Program-made: the position numbers and the translations under genes
The notes under the pieces: model-generated
What the model saw: the letters and a program-made list of their open reading frames with translations, nothing else
Told to the model about the DNA's origin: nothing
Database searches by the model: none
In this document: piece after piece, positions 27,491 through 40,343 of the stretch
Position numbering within the stretch: position 1 is the first letter of the stretch
How the letters are laid out: every line of letters begins with the position of its first letter
From: Octopus vulgaris
Lineage: Eukaryota
Length of the DNA stretch: 64,000 bases
Assembly (NCBI GenBank): GCA_951406725.2
Contig: OX597824.1
Span: 13,392,001-13,456,000 of the forward strand
Direction: 5' to 3'

Positions 27491-27561
27491 CATACATTAA
27501 ATGCATCTATCTGGGCCACGATCGTGTCTTGTCGATCGTGGCCCGTCGCGCTTTATGTATT
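27491..27561. repeat. Palindrome with perfect 12-bp stem (27513-27524 / 27533-27544)
   Basis: gggccacgatcg-tgtcttgt-cgatcgtggccc, extended imperfectly by atacattaa / tttatgtat. Confidence 0.8.
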
Positions 27562-27857
27562 AAACGTAATTGGTGGAGTGTCAAAATTCGTTCTCTATAC
27601 CACACCGGTCTTGAATATAGGCTTTGATTTATAGAAACTGACTTCGATTTTCATTCCTTGGCTAAACTATCAGCAATACTCCAAAAGAAATTTAATCGAT
27701 ATTACTACTTTTCGTAGAGCTCTAATATCGTGTTCCCAAAACCAAGATTGTTTTTTCTTTCTGTTGCAAATGCTTATTGCTTATTGTATCAAAGGAGTCT
27801 GCCAATATTTTAAACAAATTCTGGGCGTAGTTCTTGTCAATATAATATGTGTTAAAA

Positions 27858-28071
27858 AGGTGGCGAGATGGCTGAATCGTAAGCGCGTCGGGTAAATTTC
27901 TTAGCGGTATTTCCTCTGTATCTACGTTCTGAGTTCAAATGCCAGTGAGGTCGATTTTGCCTTTCATTCTTTCGGGGTCGATAAAATAATACCAGTCAGG
28001 TACTGGGGCCAACGTAATCAATTTACTTCCTCCCAAAAATTGCTGGGCTTGTGCCAAGATTTGAGGCCAAT
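27858..28071 (+). mobile_element. SINE family A
   Basis: ggtggcgagatggctgaatcg...gagttcaaat...ggggtcgataaaata. Confidence 0.85.
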
Positions 28072-28196
28072 ATAATTTATGTTAAATTATAGGCATCATT
28101 ATAAGGATGCTTCTATCCTCACTTGCAAGTCTTTCCAGGGAAAAAATTAAACAGTGAAAAGCGATTACTACTGTTGATATAATCGTGTATTAGATG

Positions 28197-28400
28197 GCAA
28201 TCTGGCAGAATCATTAGTAAGCCGGACAAAGTTATTAGTATTTCGTCCGTCTTTACGTTCTGGGCTATCATTCCACTGAGGCCTTCTTTGCTTTCCATCT
28301 CTTTGAGATCTTTAGAATGAATACTAATAAAGAACTGGGGTGGATTTAAACGACAAGCTTTCTCCCCACAAATTTCAGGCCTTATTTCTGCAGTAGAAAG
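28197..28400 (+). mobile_element. Decayed SINE family A
   Basis: ctggcagaatcattag...tttcgtccgtctttacgttctg. Confidence 0.75.
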
Positions 28401-29177
28401 AATATAGTCTTCAGATTATTTGCATATATGTCTTAGAATGGCAATTCATTTCGTTTCGAGGTGTTTTGTGTACATGGTACAGATGGACCACAATAATGGC
28501 GAAATATCGACATCTATCATTCTCGATCATCCTGAAGCGAGTTGTCCTGAATGGTCTGAGACATTTTGGGTTCTTTTACACTCGACGTCGTGTAGGGAGA
28601 TTTCCAGGACGCCATCCCACCTCAAATGAACGTATAAACAAAACACACTTAGTAAGTGCGACCGTTAACGAGTTTCTGTGTAAGTCATATAATCCCGAGA
28701 CATAACACGAAGTTACAGAGATGTGCAGAAATCTATAGTTATACGCTACACACTCTCCAATGACTTTTTGCGTTGTACGTGTACATTAATCAAATGCAAT
28801 GGAATTGTGGAGGCAGTATATTTTAAGATTAAATTCTTTCCAGAACGTAAATACAACTCATACCTTCTGAGTGTAACAGATACAAATTTTGCCATTGTAT
28901 TACAGCTCTCTGAAATTAATAAATGTACTAAAAGGTATGAACTGGAGTTAATGCACGAAACAGTTCTCCTACACAAATGCAATTTCGGAAGATAGTTTTG
29001 AATGTCCAATATCCATTTTTATATAAAAGAACAAAAATCAAATTTTTCAATTAGAATTGTAACCGCAATCATCTCTTTTTTGTATGTTCCTGTGGTTTTT
29101 CATATTCTCATGTGTCTTCACACATTTATATATGAAACATATTTATTACACGTATCTATGCACATATAAATATATAG

Positions 29178-29211
<34 letters not shown>

Positions 29212-29368
29212 GTATGTACTTATTATATAATATATTTTACATGTTATATAATATATTACATGTGCAAGCGTGCATGCTTGTACCTGTCTGTGCACGTATG
29301 CTATTTTAGTGGAAACGCGGCGCAGAATGAACAAAAAGTAAAGAAGCAACTAAAGGTACCTCTAATGG

Positions 29369-29410
<42 letters not shown>

Positions 29411-30779
29411 TGTTCGCTGCGAAAAATCGATATGACAATCACTACAGATTAGGCAATAGTACATTATTGATTATTAGACAAGAATAAAATGTAATAAAAA
29501 AAAAATCCATTCTTCTCACATGCTGATTGCCTCCGTTCAGATCTGACTAACACATAGCAGCTATGTTATACCATTCTTCATTCAAACAACGGCCGTTATA
29601 GAAAGAAGTCTATAGGCATAATCAAGGCGAACATCTTAGAATTTTTTTTTTTGATATTTTACTAGTCAGCTTTCCCTTTCATAACGTTCTTTCGACATCC
29701 TTTCGAAACTGACATTGTCATTTCCCCACCCCAAACTTCTATTCCTATGAATGCGGATGATGATTCGCCACTTTGTAAGGAATCCTTTTAACGAAGTATT
29801 ATACAATATTGTGAATGCATACATATATGTATACAATCAAAACAATCAAGGCTCGAAACAAACTGAGCAAGTGAATGATTTAAAAACACCTACGAATCTT
29901 TTAAAATATCCCGCTCATTAAATGCTGATATAATACCATGTATTAAGTCATATGTAAGGATGTACACTTATGTAGAGTATTCATGGGTTGTTTTATGAAC
30001 TTCAAACAAATATTTAAGAATATTGTACGTAAATGTGTACAGTTCGTGCCACAAGATCAATAAATAAGTAGATAAATAAATACAATCCACTTAGGCGCAA
30101 TTAACGCAATCGTTTTTACTGATTCTTAATTAAGGTAGTTCTTATAGCGCAACACCGAAATTGCTAGATGCCGCAAATACATTGAAATAAATAGCGGAAC
30201 TTTAATGAAAAGCAGTTTGCTAATAGTAGTATTGTGCTATGAGAGACAGAAGCAATTAGGAGACTGGAAGAAATGTAATGCAGTAACGAAGACAATAATG
30301 TCAGCATTTGTACAAGAACATGGCACAACAACAACTATGTCTAAGAGATTAGATAATAAACCTATCTGATAATAAACCTACTACTGAATATTGTAAAGAT
30401 TCAGATATATAGAAGTAAAACCGTAGCTATATAAACCATAATTATGAACCATAGATGTATAACGAGATTATGCCACAGGTTATATTTGCGGAAACGTAAT
30501 TTATATAATGGAAAATATAGTGAAATATTTCCATTTTATTTAAATATCTCCTTGTATCATTTTATTTAAATTCCTCGTTGTATCATTTTATTTAAATTTC
30601 TCGTTGTATCAAGTATCTAAATAGTTCCGCCAGCTTTGGGATTTTGAAATGCATATTGTAGTCAATATCGTTTTTACTGTGCAAATAATTATGCTTTGTA
30701 AATAGACGATGGCATCTTTAATTTCCGGTCTATTGTTAACTTTTACGTCAGTAAAAAAGGAAAATATCAAAAGTTGCCT

Positions 30780-30949
30780 TCATGGCCGTGTGATTAAGAA
30801 GGTCGCTTTATAACCACGTAGTTTCAGGTTCTATCTCACTGCGTGGCACTTTGGGTAAGTGTCCTCAACTACAACCCCGGGTCGAGTAATGGTTTGTGAA
30901 TATAGTAGACAGAAATTGTGTGGAAGTCCGTCGTACATATATACGTATA

Positions 30950-30988
<39 letters not shown>

Positions 30989-31195
30989 CATTGTCCTTGT
31001 TTCCACCGCTGCTTCACAACCGGTATTGGCTGGTTTGCGAAACCCCGTAACCTGGCAGTTCGGCAAAAGAGGCCGTTAGAATAAGTCCCAGACTTAAATT
31101 ATAGGTACTGAGTTCGATTTGTCCGATGATGCCCTCCCAGGTGATGCCACAGCATGGCCGTAGTCAAATGGTAAAAACACGTAAACGATAAAAGA
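30780..31195 (+). mobile_element. SINE family B
   Basis: catggccgtgtg head, cactgcgtggcactttgggtaagtg, internal (TG)n, gcatggccgtagtcaaatg tail. Confidence 0.85.
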
Positions 31196-31304
31196 TTCTC
31201 GTATTTTTTTGCCAATGTAGTAATTACGAAGATTTAGGGCAAGTTTTAAGAAGAATTCGCAACTGATGTACGCAACAGAAAGCGTCTCAGTGCTTAACAA
31301 TTCT

Positions 31305-31512
31305 TTGAATTTTGGCAATAGATCAGTGAGTTTTGGAATGGGGTGAATCGATTTTATCGACCCTGTACATCGCTGGTACTTTACTTTATAGACCCTGAAA
31401 GGATGAAAGGCAAAGTTGAACTCAGCGGGATTTCAGCACAGAATGTTAAGAGCCGGAAGAAATGTTTCTTAGCATTTGCCCGACGTGTTAAGGACTCTAC
31501 CATCGCCGCCTT
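31305..31512 (-). mobile_element. SINE family A, decayed
   Basis: gaccctgaaaggatgaaaggcaaagttgaactc...catcgccgcct. Confidence 0.8.
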
Positions 31513-31990
31513 CTTCGGTGCTAATAATAGGCCAAGAAGAATCCATTATATCTACTCGAGTATTTGATTAACACATCTTTTATAAATTCTGATGGTATGA
31601 AAGGCTAAATCGACTAAGAGGGATTTTATTTCTGAATATATAAAGCTGCAACTAATTACCATGAGGAATTCTATTTGGTGTACTCTCAATTCGGTTCAGT
31701 CATCTACTCGTGGAAGATGGTAACTAATATCGATTTTTTGTAGGGATATAAAGGCTTGTTCATATCAATCGATCTAGCCCGCACATATTATTTAGGATGC
31801 ATTAACGAAATATATTATACACATACATGCATACAGACAGACACACACACACACACACACACACATTCGTTGTGGATATACTAGTAATTATATTCATGTA
31901 CATATATACAGGTAATTTCATATATATTGGGTGATAAATGTCATTGCAGAAGAGAAAGTTGAAATTGAATTCCATATAATTCTCTTAATT

Positions 31991-32294
31991 ACGGAGATGT
32001 ACTTGCATAGCGAGTGACTTGATCTGAGATCGTGTGCCGGAACGAAAGCAATTGCAGCGTGGAAGGTGTTTATAAGCCATTTAAGAACCACACAAAAACC
32101 GTTAGATTCGCTTCAACATATTTTCGTCGCTTTGGGACCGCGACCTGTTCACAGCACGAAGTTTAGTCAGTGAACAGGTCGCGGTCTCAAAGCGACGAAA
32201 ATATTTTGACAAATTAAATTTAAATGTTGAAGTGAATCTAACGGTTTTTGTGTGTTTCTTAAATGGCTTATAAACACCTTCCACGCTGCAATTG
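31991..32294. mobile_element. Fold-back Penelope-like element, family H2, with 11-bp TSD
   Basis: Inverted arms ~32049-32152 and 32170-32294; ttctcttaatt at 31980-31990 and 32295-32305; homologous to 58681-58825. Confidence 0.8.
32166..32213 (+). ncRNA. Hammerhead ribozyme variant with G3:C8 core
   Basis: gtca-GTGAACA-g-gtcgc[ggtctcaaa]gcgac-GAA-AATATT-T-tgac: stem I, stem II and palindromic stem III all formable. Confidence 0.6.
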
Positions 32295-33899
32295 TTCTCT
32301 TAATTCTAAATCCCAAGAAGTGCACAGACTTGTAGTACGTTCATTAACTGTGTTGTTTATCACTACCTCGGCAATTAGGTGGGTGAGATAATAATAGGAT
32401 CGTAGCATATCCGGATTTTTCTGCAGTACTTGTTGAAATAATTTAGATAACCTCGGTCATCTGACTAATAATGTTTATTTCACTTTTGCTAAAAAGAAGT
32501 GTTCATTAGCTTTTGCAGGCTCACTGGATTCAGTACTTAACGCGCGTTTAACTGGGATGTTTTTCCTCCATGTAGATGGTGTGTTATCTAGATTCATTCA
32601 TAATGCGTGAGATTACGACTCTACTGAGATTCAACATGAAATTCTCGAGTGAGTAGTGGACTAGAATAATCCGTAATTTTCTGGCTTTTTCGTTCCAATT
32701 TTTAATTTCACCAAATGCCAACCTCACTCTCGGTCTCCAAGGGTCAATAAAATAAAATACAAGAATTGTGATGATTGGCCTCGTGACTGGCACGTTGCGG
32801 ATTAGATTTTTGTAGTGTTCCCTCTGTATTGTGGCCGTAGCACCAAAATAAAGAAACATTGGCGGAGCTTTGCGCTCTCTGATTTTCTGTTAGTCTGGGT
32901 TCGATAGAATATGCACTACACCTGTACGAGATTCGATTTTATCGATCGTCTACAAATCCACCACTACTACAACAGCATTCGTTGTTTCAGAAATCAATAT
33001 TGATAGACAAAACACTGCTTTCTCAAGCTTATTGATTTGTAACATGTGACAACAACCGTTTTCTGCTGTCAGCCTATGGCAAGATATCTATTTCTACTCT
33101 TCACTTAACTGAACAATGTCTATATGTTCTACGCCGTGTTTAGCTTCAGTTAACTCCACTAACTCATCTTTCGATATGTTGTGAATATCAAAGATTTACA
33201 TGAGAATTGAATCAGTAACTAGTAACAACAATGAATGATCTAGTATATTTACCGACAACCAGCTGATCTGTAGCATATTGAATTACTCGTATCCAAACAA
33301 ATGAATGATCACTTTACATTTCAACTAAAACTATATCACTTTTTGTACAAATACCTCTACTTAAAAATGTTTACTTCGTCTAACAGGATATCATTTAACA
33401 ACTATTTCTTGTACGGTTTCATATTTGACAACGAGAAAGAACGAGTTTTTAGATAAATTTAAATTCTGGTACATATATGAAATGTAAAATGGAACGTGAT
33501 GTTCATACAAACGCAAGAGGAACGCAGATTGTTGATTGCTACAATTTAATATTGCTAGATAGCGAGTTAATCGGGCGATCTATTATTTCTGTCATTCTAC
33601 CTTCCAAGGTAATAAATAATGACATCAAGGAGAAAAATACAGCATTGATATTCTGAAATTAGTTAACGAGAAACTAAAACGAACACAGTATGCAATGAAA
33701 ATATGTTGATATAAGTTTCAAAATGAAATCGATTTCTGATAGAGACAAAAAAGGTATAACACTGGATTTTATAAACCTCGCATTTGATTGGAATTTAGTT
33801 CTTTAACCCTCGAACAATGTTAGGCAAAGTCAGGGATTTGAAATCAGCGAGATCGACTTACAGGCGAATTAAAAACATATCACTCAACCACAATAATTT

Positions 33900-34537
33900 T
33901 TTCTATTCCGGGCACGACACCCGAAATTTTGAGGGAGGTGGATTATGTCGATGAGATCGACCCCAGTACGCGACTGATACTTAATTTATCGACCCCCGAA
34001 AGGATGAAAGACAAAGTCGACCTCGGCGGAATTTGAAGTCAGAAGGTAACGGTAGACCAAATACCTATTTCTTTATTGCCCACAAGGTGCTAAACGTAGA
34101 GAGGAAAAACAAGGACAGACAAACGGATTAAGTCGATTATATCGTCCCAGTGCGTAACTGGTCCTTAATTTATCGACCCCGAAAGGATGAAAGGCAAAGC
34201 CGACCTCAGCAGAATTTTAACTCAGAACGTAACGGCAGACGAAATGCTGCTAAGCATTTTGCCCGGCGTGTTAACGTTTCTACCAGCTCGCCGCCTTATT
34301 GCGTTTATAGCTTTAGCAAAGAACCTGACTTGAATTGGAGGTAGAAATCGTGTCGTGGGTTCAGTATTCTGGAAAATCGCATTTTGTTCTACGTTACTGA
34401 GAAAAATTAAATACAGAGAATAAAAAATGACAGGCAAAGCCGACCTCGGCAGAATTTGAACTCAGAACGTAACGGCAGACGAAATGCTGCTAAGCATTTC
34501 ACCCGGCGGGCAAACGTTTCTGCCAGCTCGCCGCCTT
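33900..34537 (-). mobile_element. Composite family A SINE array containing captured unique DNA (34297-34427)
   Basis: Three SINE segments; outer TSD ctcaaccacaataat; insert matches 39967-40097. Confidence 0.88.
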
Positions 34538-35237
34538 CCCTCAACCACAATAATAAAAAGGAAAACAATTGTGTGGTGATGTGAAAAGAATGAAAAACAA
34601 AAAGTTTAATTTCATAAACGTCAGTTCATGAAAAACCTGGAAATGTGAATTCACTCTAGATTCTTCATCATCAGGTTTAAATGATTTGATTGTGTCATGC
34701 AGATACTTTGACATTTTTACATTGGATTAGATCGTGTGCAGTTTGCCATTTTTTGTTTACTTTTTCTCTGACTGGTTTGACATTCAAAAACTTCAAGAGA
34801 ACTGGTCGAATGAATTGCAAGGAAGGAAATAATAAGTGAGTTTTTTTTTTGTTACTTCTGATTTGATGGAGTTAGAAGAATGCAGTGACGTATATGAAAA
34901 GGAAAAAAAAAAAAATCAAATCTGCAACGAGAAATATTTGAAATGTCAGTAAAATAGCTCAACATTTAGGAGGGTAATTTTTGAGTCATTCATTGAGGAT
35001 TCAGTAAAGGAATGTTTGGGTAAATGAAGGGAGAGAGGTGGGTTTACAGCTTTAAGAATGAAAATCTTTTGCTTAAACCTAATTTCACTAGCATTTCTCA
35101 CTCTGTTATTTTCGTTTGAATGCCAGTCTCTTTAGTAGGACTTTATCTCGGTTATATTAGTCTCCTACCCTTGGTAGGATCCCTGTTTATGGAAGAAATA
35201 AAACGAACATTGCAATTATATGCCTACGCAAGTTATA

Positions 35238-35654
35238 TATTTCTTTATTGCCCACAAGGGGCTAAACATAGAGGGGACAAACAAAGACAGACAAACGGAT
35301 TAAGTCGATTACATCGACCCCGGTGCGTAACGGGTACTTTACTTATCGACCCCGAAAGGATGAAAGGCAAAGTCGACCTCAGAGGAATTTGAACTCAGAA
35401 TGTAACGGCAGACGAAATACCTATTTCTTTACTACCCACAAGGGGATAAACACAGAGAGGACAAACAAGAACAGATAAACAGATTAAGTCGATTTTATCG
35501 ACCCCAGTGCGTAATTGGTACTTATTTAATCGACCCCGAAAGGATGAAAGGCAAAGTCGACCTCGGCGGAATTTGAACTCAGAACGTAGCGGCAGACGAA
35601 ATACCGCTAAGCATTTCGCCCGGCGTGCTAACGTTTCTGCCAGCTCGCCGCCTT
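35238..35654 (-). mobile_element. SINE family A dimer flanked by 123-bp direct repeats
   Basis: Direct repeats at 35115-35237 and 35657-35779. Confidence 0.92.
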
Positions 35655-36754
35655 CTTTTGAATCCCAGTGTGTTTAGTAGGAGTTTATCTCAGTTATATT
35701 AGTCTTCTACCCTTGGTAAGATCCCTGTGTATGGAAGGAATAAAACGAACATTGCAATTATATACCTACGTAAGTTATAGCAGAGACATGTAGTGACGAA
35801 TGTTTATCTTGAGCTTTGCGGGATGACTCGTTTGTAGTTGTGCCTTTGCTAGGAAAAAAGAAGAACGAGGATTTTGAGACACGAACTGCTGGCTCTTAAC
35901 TTTATACTTTTAACACACGACTGAGTAAGCCCGTACTGACAATTGGAAACAAATGTGCGCTATAAAATTAATTCTGCTCTTCAAAGGTTCGACGATGTGG
36001 ATTAAGCGCTTTCTTTGTCTCCATTGCATACGTGCGTTTATATTCATATGACTGTATTATCTTATTACATGGAGAAAGGAGTAAAAGCAGCTGGACAACT
36101 GATTCATTACTTCATATCATGTCACTGGTAATCCTCTCTCCGCTTTTAATTTCCCAATAAATCGGTTTATATGGCTACCATGTAAAGTTAATTATTGTTT
36201 CTTTTTTGGGGGAAATGTTTTTCGTCTAAAGGCCAACTTTATATCTACAAGAGTTTTGTATCTCATTCATTTATTTTCGTCTAATCTAGTTTTGCATCCG
36301 TCATTTTAACTGAGGATTAGCTTTGTATTAAAGTATCATATCAGGAAAGAAATATTTAGCATCTGAACCTCGATTCATCATTAAAATTTTCTACTTGAAC
36401 TTTTGGTACGATTCTTGAATTGATAGATAGACATTCCTTTCATGAAGTTGAGACATTCTGAATTACATGTCATTTTCTTAATAAGTCAACTCTACAATGA
36501 TCTTGACACATACTTGTTGCCAAGGATATCACAAATTCTCAAAGTTTATAATTACAAAGTAATACGATACACACACTCGCACACACTTCAACAATGGATA
36601 CTGTTTGCTGCGAATATAGCTACAAAGACAATTTAGTATACATGAACTGAGAGCATTTGTCATTGCTATCATTGGCATTGCTTTCAGTGTTTGGGGTTTC
36701 TGAATATATTAGCTTTTGACCTAATTTACTTTTGATACATTTTAATATATTTTA

Positions 36755-36965
36755 AGGCGGCGAGCTAGCGGAATCGTTAGCACACCGGGAAAAATACTTA
36801 ATGGAATTTCGTCCGGCTTTACATTCTAAGCTCAAAATCACCCGAAGTCGACATTGTTTTTTATTCTTTCGAGGTCGTTAAACTATAAATCGAACACTGG
36901 GGTCGATGTAATCTAACTAAACCTCTCTCGAAATTGCTAGCTTTTTGCTAAAATTTAAAGCAATA
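36755..36965 (+). mobile_element. SINE family A
   Basis: ggcggcgagctagcggaatcgttagc...cactggggtcgatg. Confidence 0.82.
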
Positions 36966-37328
36966 TATCTTAGGATAATCTATTTAAAAAAACAAAATTC
37001 ACAAATATGTACCGTTTGAACGAAGAAATCGAGGTGAATCCAGACGTTTCCATCTACATATACAGCGTCTACTTGAACTAGCAGCAAAATATTTCACGAT
37101 ACACTTGATATCAAAAAGTACTAAATTATATGAATATAGTATATTTTTTTACCATGTGGCGTTTTGTAAAGTTATTCTTTTTAAATAAATGCTTTATTTC
37201 CCTCAGAAAATATTTTCAGCGAGGGACGATCATTTACGACAATCTAATGTACTCTAAACTGTAACATATACCATTAATAATAATTTGAATAAAATGTCTA
37301 TTTAATTGATTTATATAAATTATTATTA

Positions 37329-37364
<36 letters not shown>

Positions 37365-38743
37365 CGATATATTTGATGGAATTTGTGAGATTATTATTGT
37401 TCTTTTAAATGATTCTGTTAGAGTAGAGATAAACTCTTGACCTCTGCTTAGATTCGGATTTTTGTATTCTGAGATTAAAAACCAGACTGTACCTCAGTGA
37501 CTGGTCAGTAAGCTCAAATGGAATAAATATAATAAAGCTACAACTACTGATTTACGATAATACGTGATAGCTGGTAATCAGAATAAAAGTTTGATGAGCA
37601 GTTATTGGTTTCCAACTATGTGACAGAATCTTCTCAAAAGAGAAATATTGAAGTGATAATTGTTCTTATCTGGGAATTTCATTTATTAATTTCCTTCGAC
37701 ACGTTTCTTCATAAAAATTTGGCAGAAGACTAAATTGATTCATTTCAAATATATAATATTCATTATACTAGGCCCCCACGAAATTAAGAACAAATTAAAT
37801 ACACATGTATCTCCAGGCCCTTTGCCCCAATTTCTGTGTTATTTACACGAGTCTTTCTATTATCAAAGAGAAAGATACGACAACGGTGCAATCAATAGAG
37901 ACACGGATTTAGTTACGGCTTTGATGTTCCGAGCTCAATTTATGATAAAGTCAACACTGTTTTCACCCCCACCCCCAAGAGACGATAGAATAAAGAACTA
38001 ATTAAATACTTGGGGCGATTTAATCGACTATACAATCAGGCCGAACTTGTGGCTTTGTTCCAAGGACAGAAATCAGTATTCTCAGAGCGAAAGGTAAAAC
38101 AATGGCAGATTCGCTTGAATTTCGTCTTATATATTTGAACATTTTACGTTTTCAGTTTAAATCCGTGGAGCTTGTGATAGTCTTGTTTTCTACAAAAGTC
38201 GAGAAATTATGTGCCAGTTACTGGCTTTGTGCTAATGTCGGAAATATAATAAATGAAAACGGTATTTGAGAGAAAAATTAGGCAAAACCCCAGTAAATCA
38301 TAGATCCTTCTATGTTCTAGCTTCCTTCTCCGCAAGCACTTTTTAAAAAAAAAAATGGACCTCCGTCGATTTCGACAGCGAATATTCAGTTGTTGGACCA
38401 TTTGAAGTAATGAATCAGTGGCCGGACATTCAACGGGCACGTGTCCCTTTAGTGTAATTTCCCAGGTGGAATAAGTGTTATACAGTATGACAAGGCTGAA
38501 CCGTTTAAATTAAAGGTAAATCCCAGGAATGGATTTTTAAAATTTTAACTTTTATCCCCTGTATTTGTCATCCCAATTTGTAGTATGATTTGACAGAAGA
38601 GATTAATACTTATCATGGAGAAAAGAGATGTTTCATAACTGTACTAATATTCCCAGTATCTTAGCACACACATACCCACAGTTTGCCGAGTAGATAGATC
38701 ACTAAACTACTGGTTCATATATCTTCAGTGCGCTACACTGGAT

Positions 38744-38934
38744 TTAAGACCAAAGCATTTCATTTTCAAATAAACCATTCCACCACACTCTACCCAAGTA
38801 ACAGATTTCGTACGACTCATTGCAAGCGTCACTAATTTGCTGAGTACGTAACACCATACGAGTACAAAGATCGAAAGGGACATGTTTCTCGTAGTTGAAT
38901 TTTCTATTGATATATTGTATTTGTGTCCTTACGA
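38744..38934 (-). CDS. Putative last coding exon of a small-exon gene (VRTQIQYINRKF...GRVWWNGLFENEMLWS*)
   Basis: Acceptor tgttctgttacgttgctAG; open in phase 1, matching the upstream exon; no recognised homology. Confidence 0.33.
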
Positions 38935-39235
38935 CTAGCAACGTAACAGAACACACACAAAGACACACGCATTCATACACGAACATATTGGAACGCAAAC
39001 ATACGAACTATTCCAGTTGTTCAAACATTTATGTTTGACAAAAGTTAAAATGTGAAGAAGTGTTTCTGAACATCGTGTTAGTCTGATCAAGATTTAAATA
39101 ACATCCCTTTGCCGACATAACTGTAAACGAGCTCCATCTCCCAAAACGTAACAAAAATTAAATTATTTGTTGTAGTAGTAGTAGCAGTGGTTGACTTTGC
39201 CACACTTATCTAACGTTCTGATCGAAAATAAATAC

Positions 39236-39330
39236 CTGAGGTCTTGTTCGCAAAAAGAATTTTATCACCGACTATTAGATTTTTATAATCTAATCGTCCT
39301 TGCATATTTAAAATGTCTTTCCGTTCCAAA
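39236..39330 (-). CDS. Putative 95-nt internal exon (LERKDILNMQGRLDYKNLIVGDKILFANKTS)
   Basis: tatttatcAG acceptor (weak), CAG|GTATTT donor, open only in phase 2. Confidence 0.33.
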
Positions 39331-39434
39331 CTGATAAATACCATTTTCTTCATTAGAAGAAATGGTTTAACTAATTTATATTTCTACTTATGAACAAATG
39401 GGAAATTGTTTTCCAATTCCCAGAAATAATTTAC

Positions 39435-39453
39435 CTCAGTACGGCTTTCGTAA
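39435..39453 (-). other. Candidate 19-nt micro-exon (frame-shifting in the model)
   Basis: ctttccccttttttgttcAG ... GAG|GTAAAT, strong splice signals. Confidence 0.3.
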
Positions 39454-39732
39454 CTGAACAAAAAGGGGAAAGAAAACTTTCCTTTAATAAGGAAAGATAA
39501 TTTCTCTTTCTTCTGAAGCTTGCTCGAGGTGTCTCTTGATCGAAACAAAGATATTCGGTCTTTTGTTGTAGACTTGCTTTTGTGTGTGGAACCATGGCCT
39601 GGAAATACTGAATTTATTAGTTTTATTCTAGGTTTTCAGTTTAAAGTTTTACATCAAGTTTCGAATCTTCGAAAATAATATGTAAATATAGAATGTTCAT
39701 ACCTTTTACATAACAATGAGTTTATAGCTTTT

Positions 39733-39967
39733 CCTATTTCTTTACTACCCTCAAGGGGCTAAACACAGAGAGGATAAACAAGGACAGACAAAGGAATTAA
39801 GTCGATTATATCGATCCCAGTGCGTAACTGGTACTTAATTTATCGACCCCGAAAGGATGAAAGGCAAAGTCGACCACGGCGGAATTTGAACTCGGAACGT
39901 AACAACAGACGAAATACTGCTAAGCATTTTGCCCGGCGTGTTAACGTTTCTGCCAGCTCGCCGCCTT
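39733..39967 (-). mobile_element. SINE family A, full length
   Basis: Consensus; TSD g(a/c)gtttatagcttt. Confidence 0.92.
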
Positions 39968-40186
39968 ATTGCGTTTATAGCTTTAGCAAAGAACCTGACT
40001 TGAATTGGAGGTAGAAATCCTGTCGTGAGTTCAGTATTCTGGAAAATCGCATTTTGTTCTACGTTACTGAGAAAAATTAAATACAGAGAATAAAAAATTA
40101 ATTCCAAAACGGGGTTTCAATTCAAATGCAACAGCCGCTTCAATTTCCCTATGACGCTGTCGGACTTAGCTGTTATAAAAATTTAC

Positions 40187-40216
40187 CTATTTTCCCACCG
40201 ATAAAATCTGAGGCTC
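40187..40216 (-). CDS. Putative 30-nt exon (SLRFYRWEN)
   Basis: cctttacttacAG ... TAG|GTAAAT; symmetric, phase 2. Confidence 0.35.
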   Translation of the reverse strand, partial: EPQILSVGK

Positions 40217-40343
40217 CTGTAAGTAAAGGCTTGCCGATGGATTCATTTGTAGAAAAGATAGTTAACACCAGCACGATATCTCTCGCCTTTCTCTATACGT
40301 TAAATGACACGATGGCACGAAGATGTAAATTTCAAGAACTAAC

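Noticed and set aside
28420-28780. Possible mariner N-terminal remnant
   Set aside because: Only a vague SLQDD-like match, no TIR or catalytic motifs
39095-39130. Minus-strand YSYVGK, reminiscent of astacin GCYSYVG
   Set aside because: No preceding Cys, stop soon after, and no HExxH exon found
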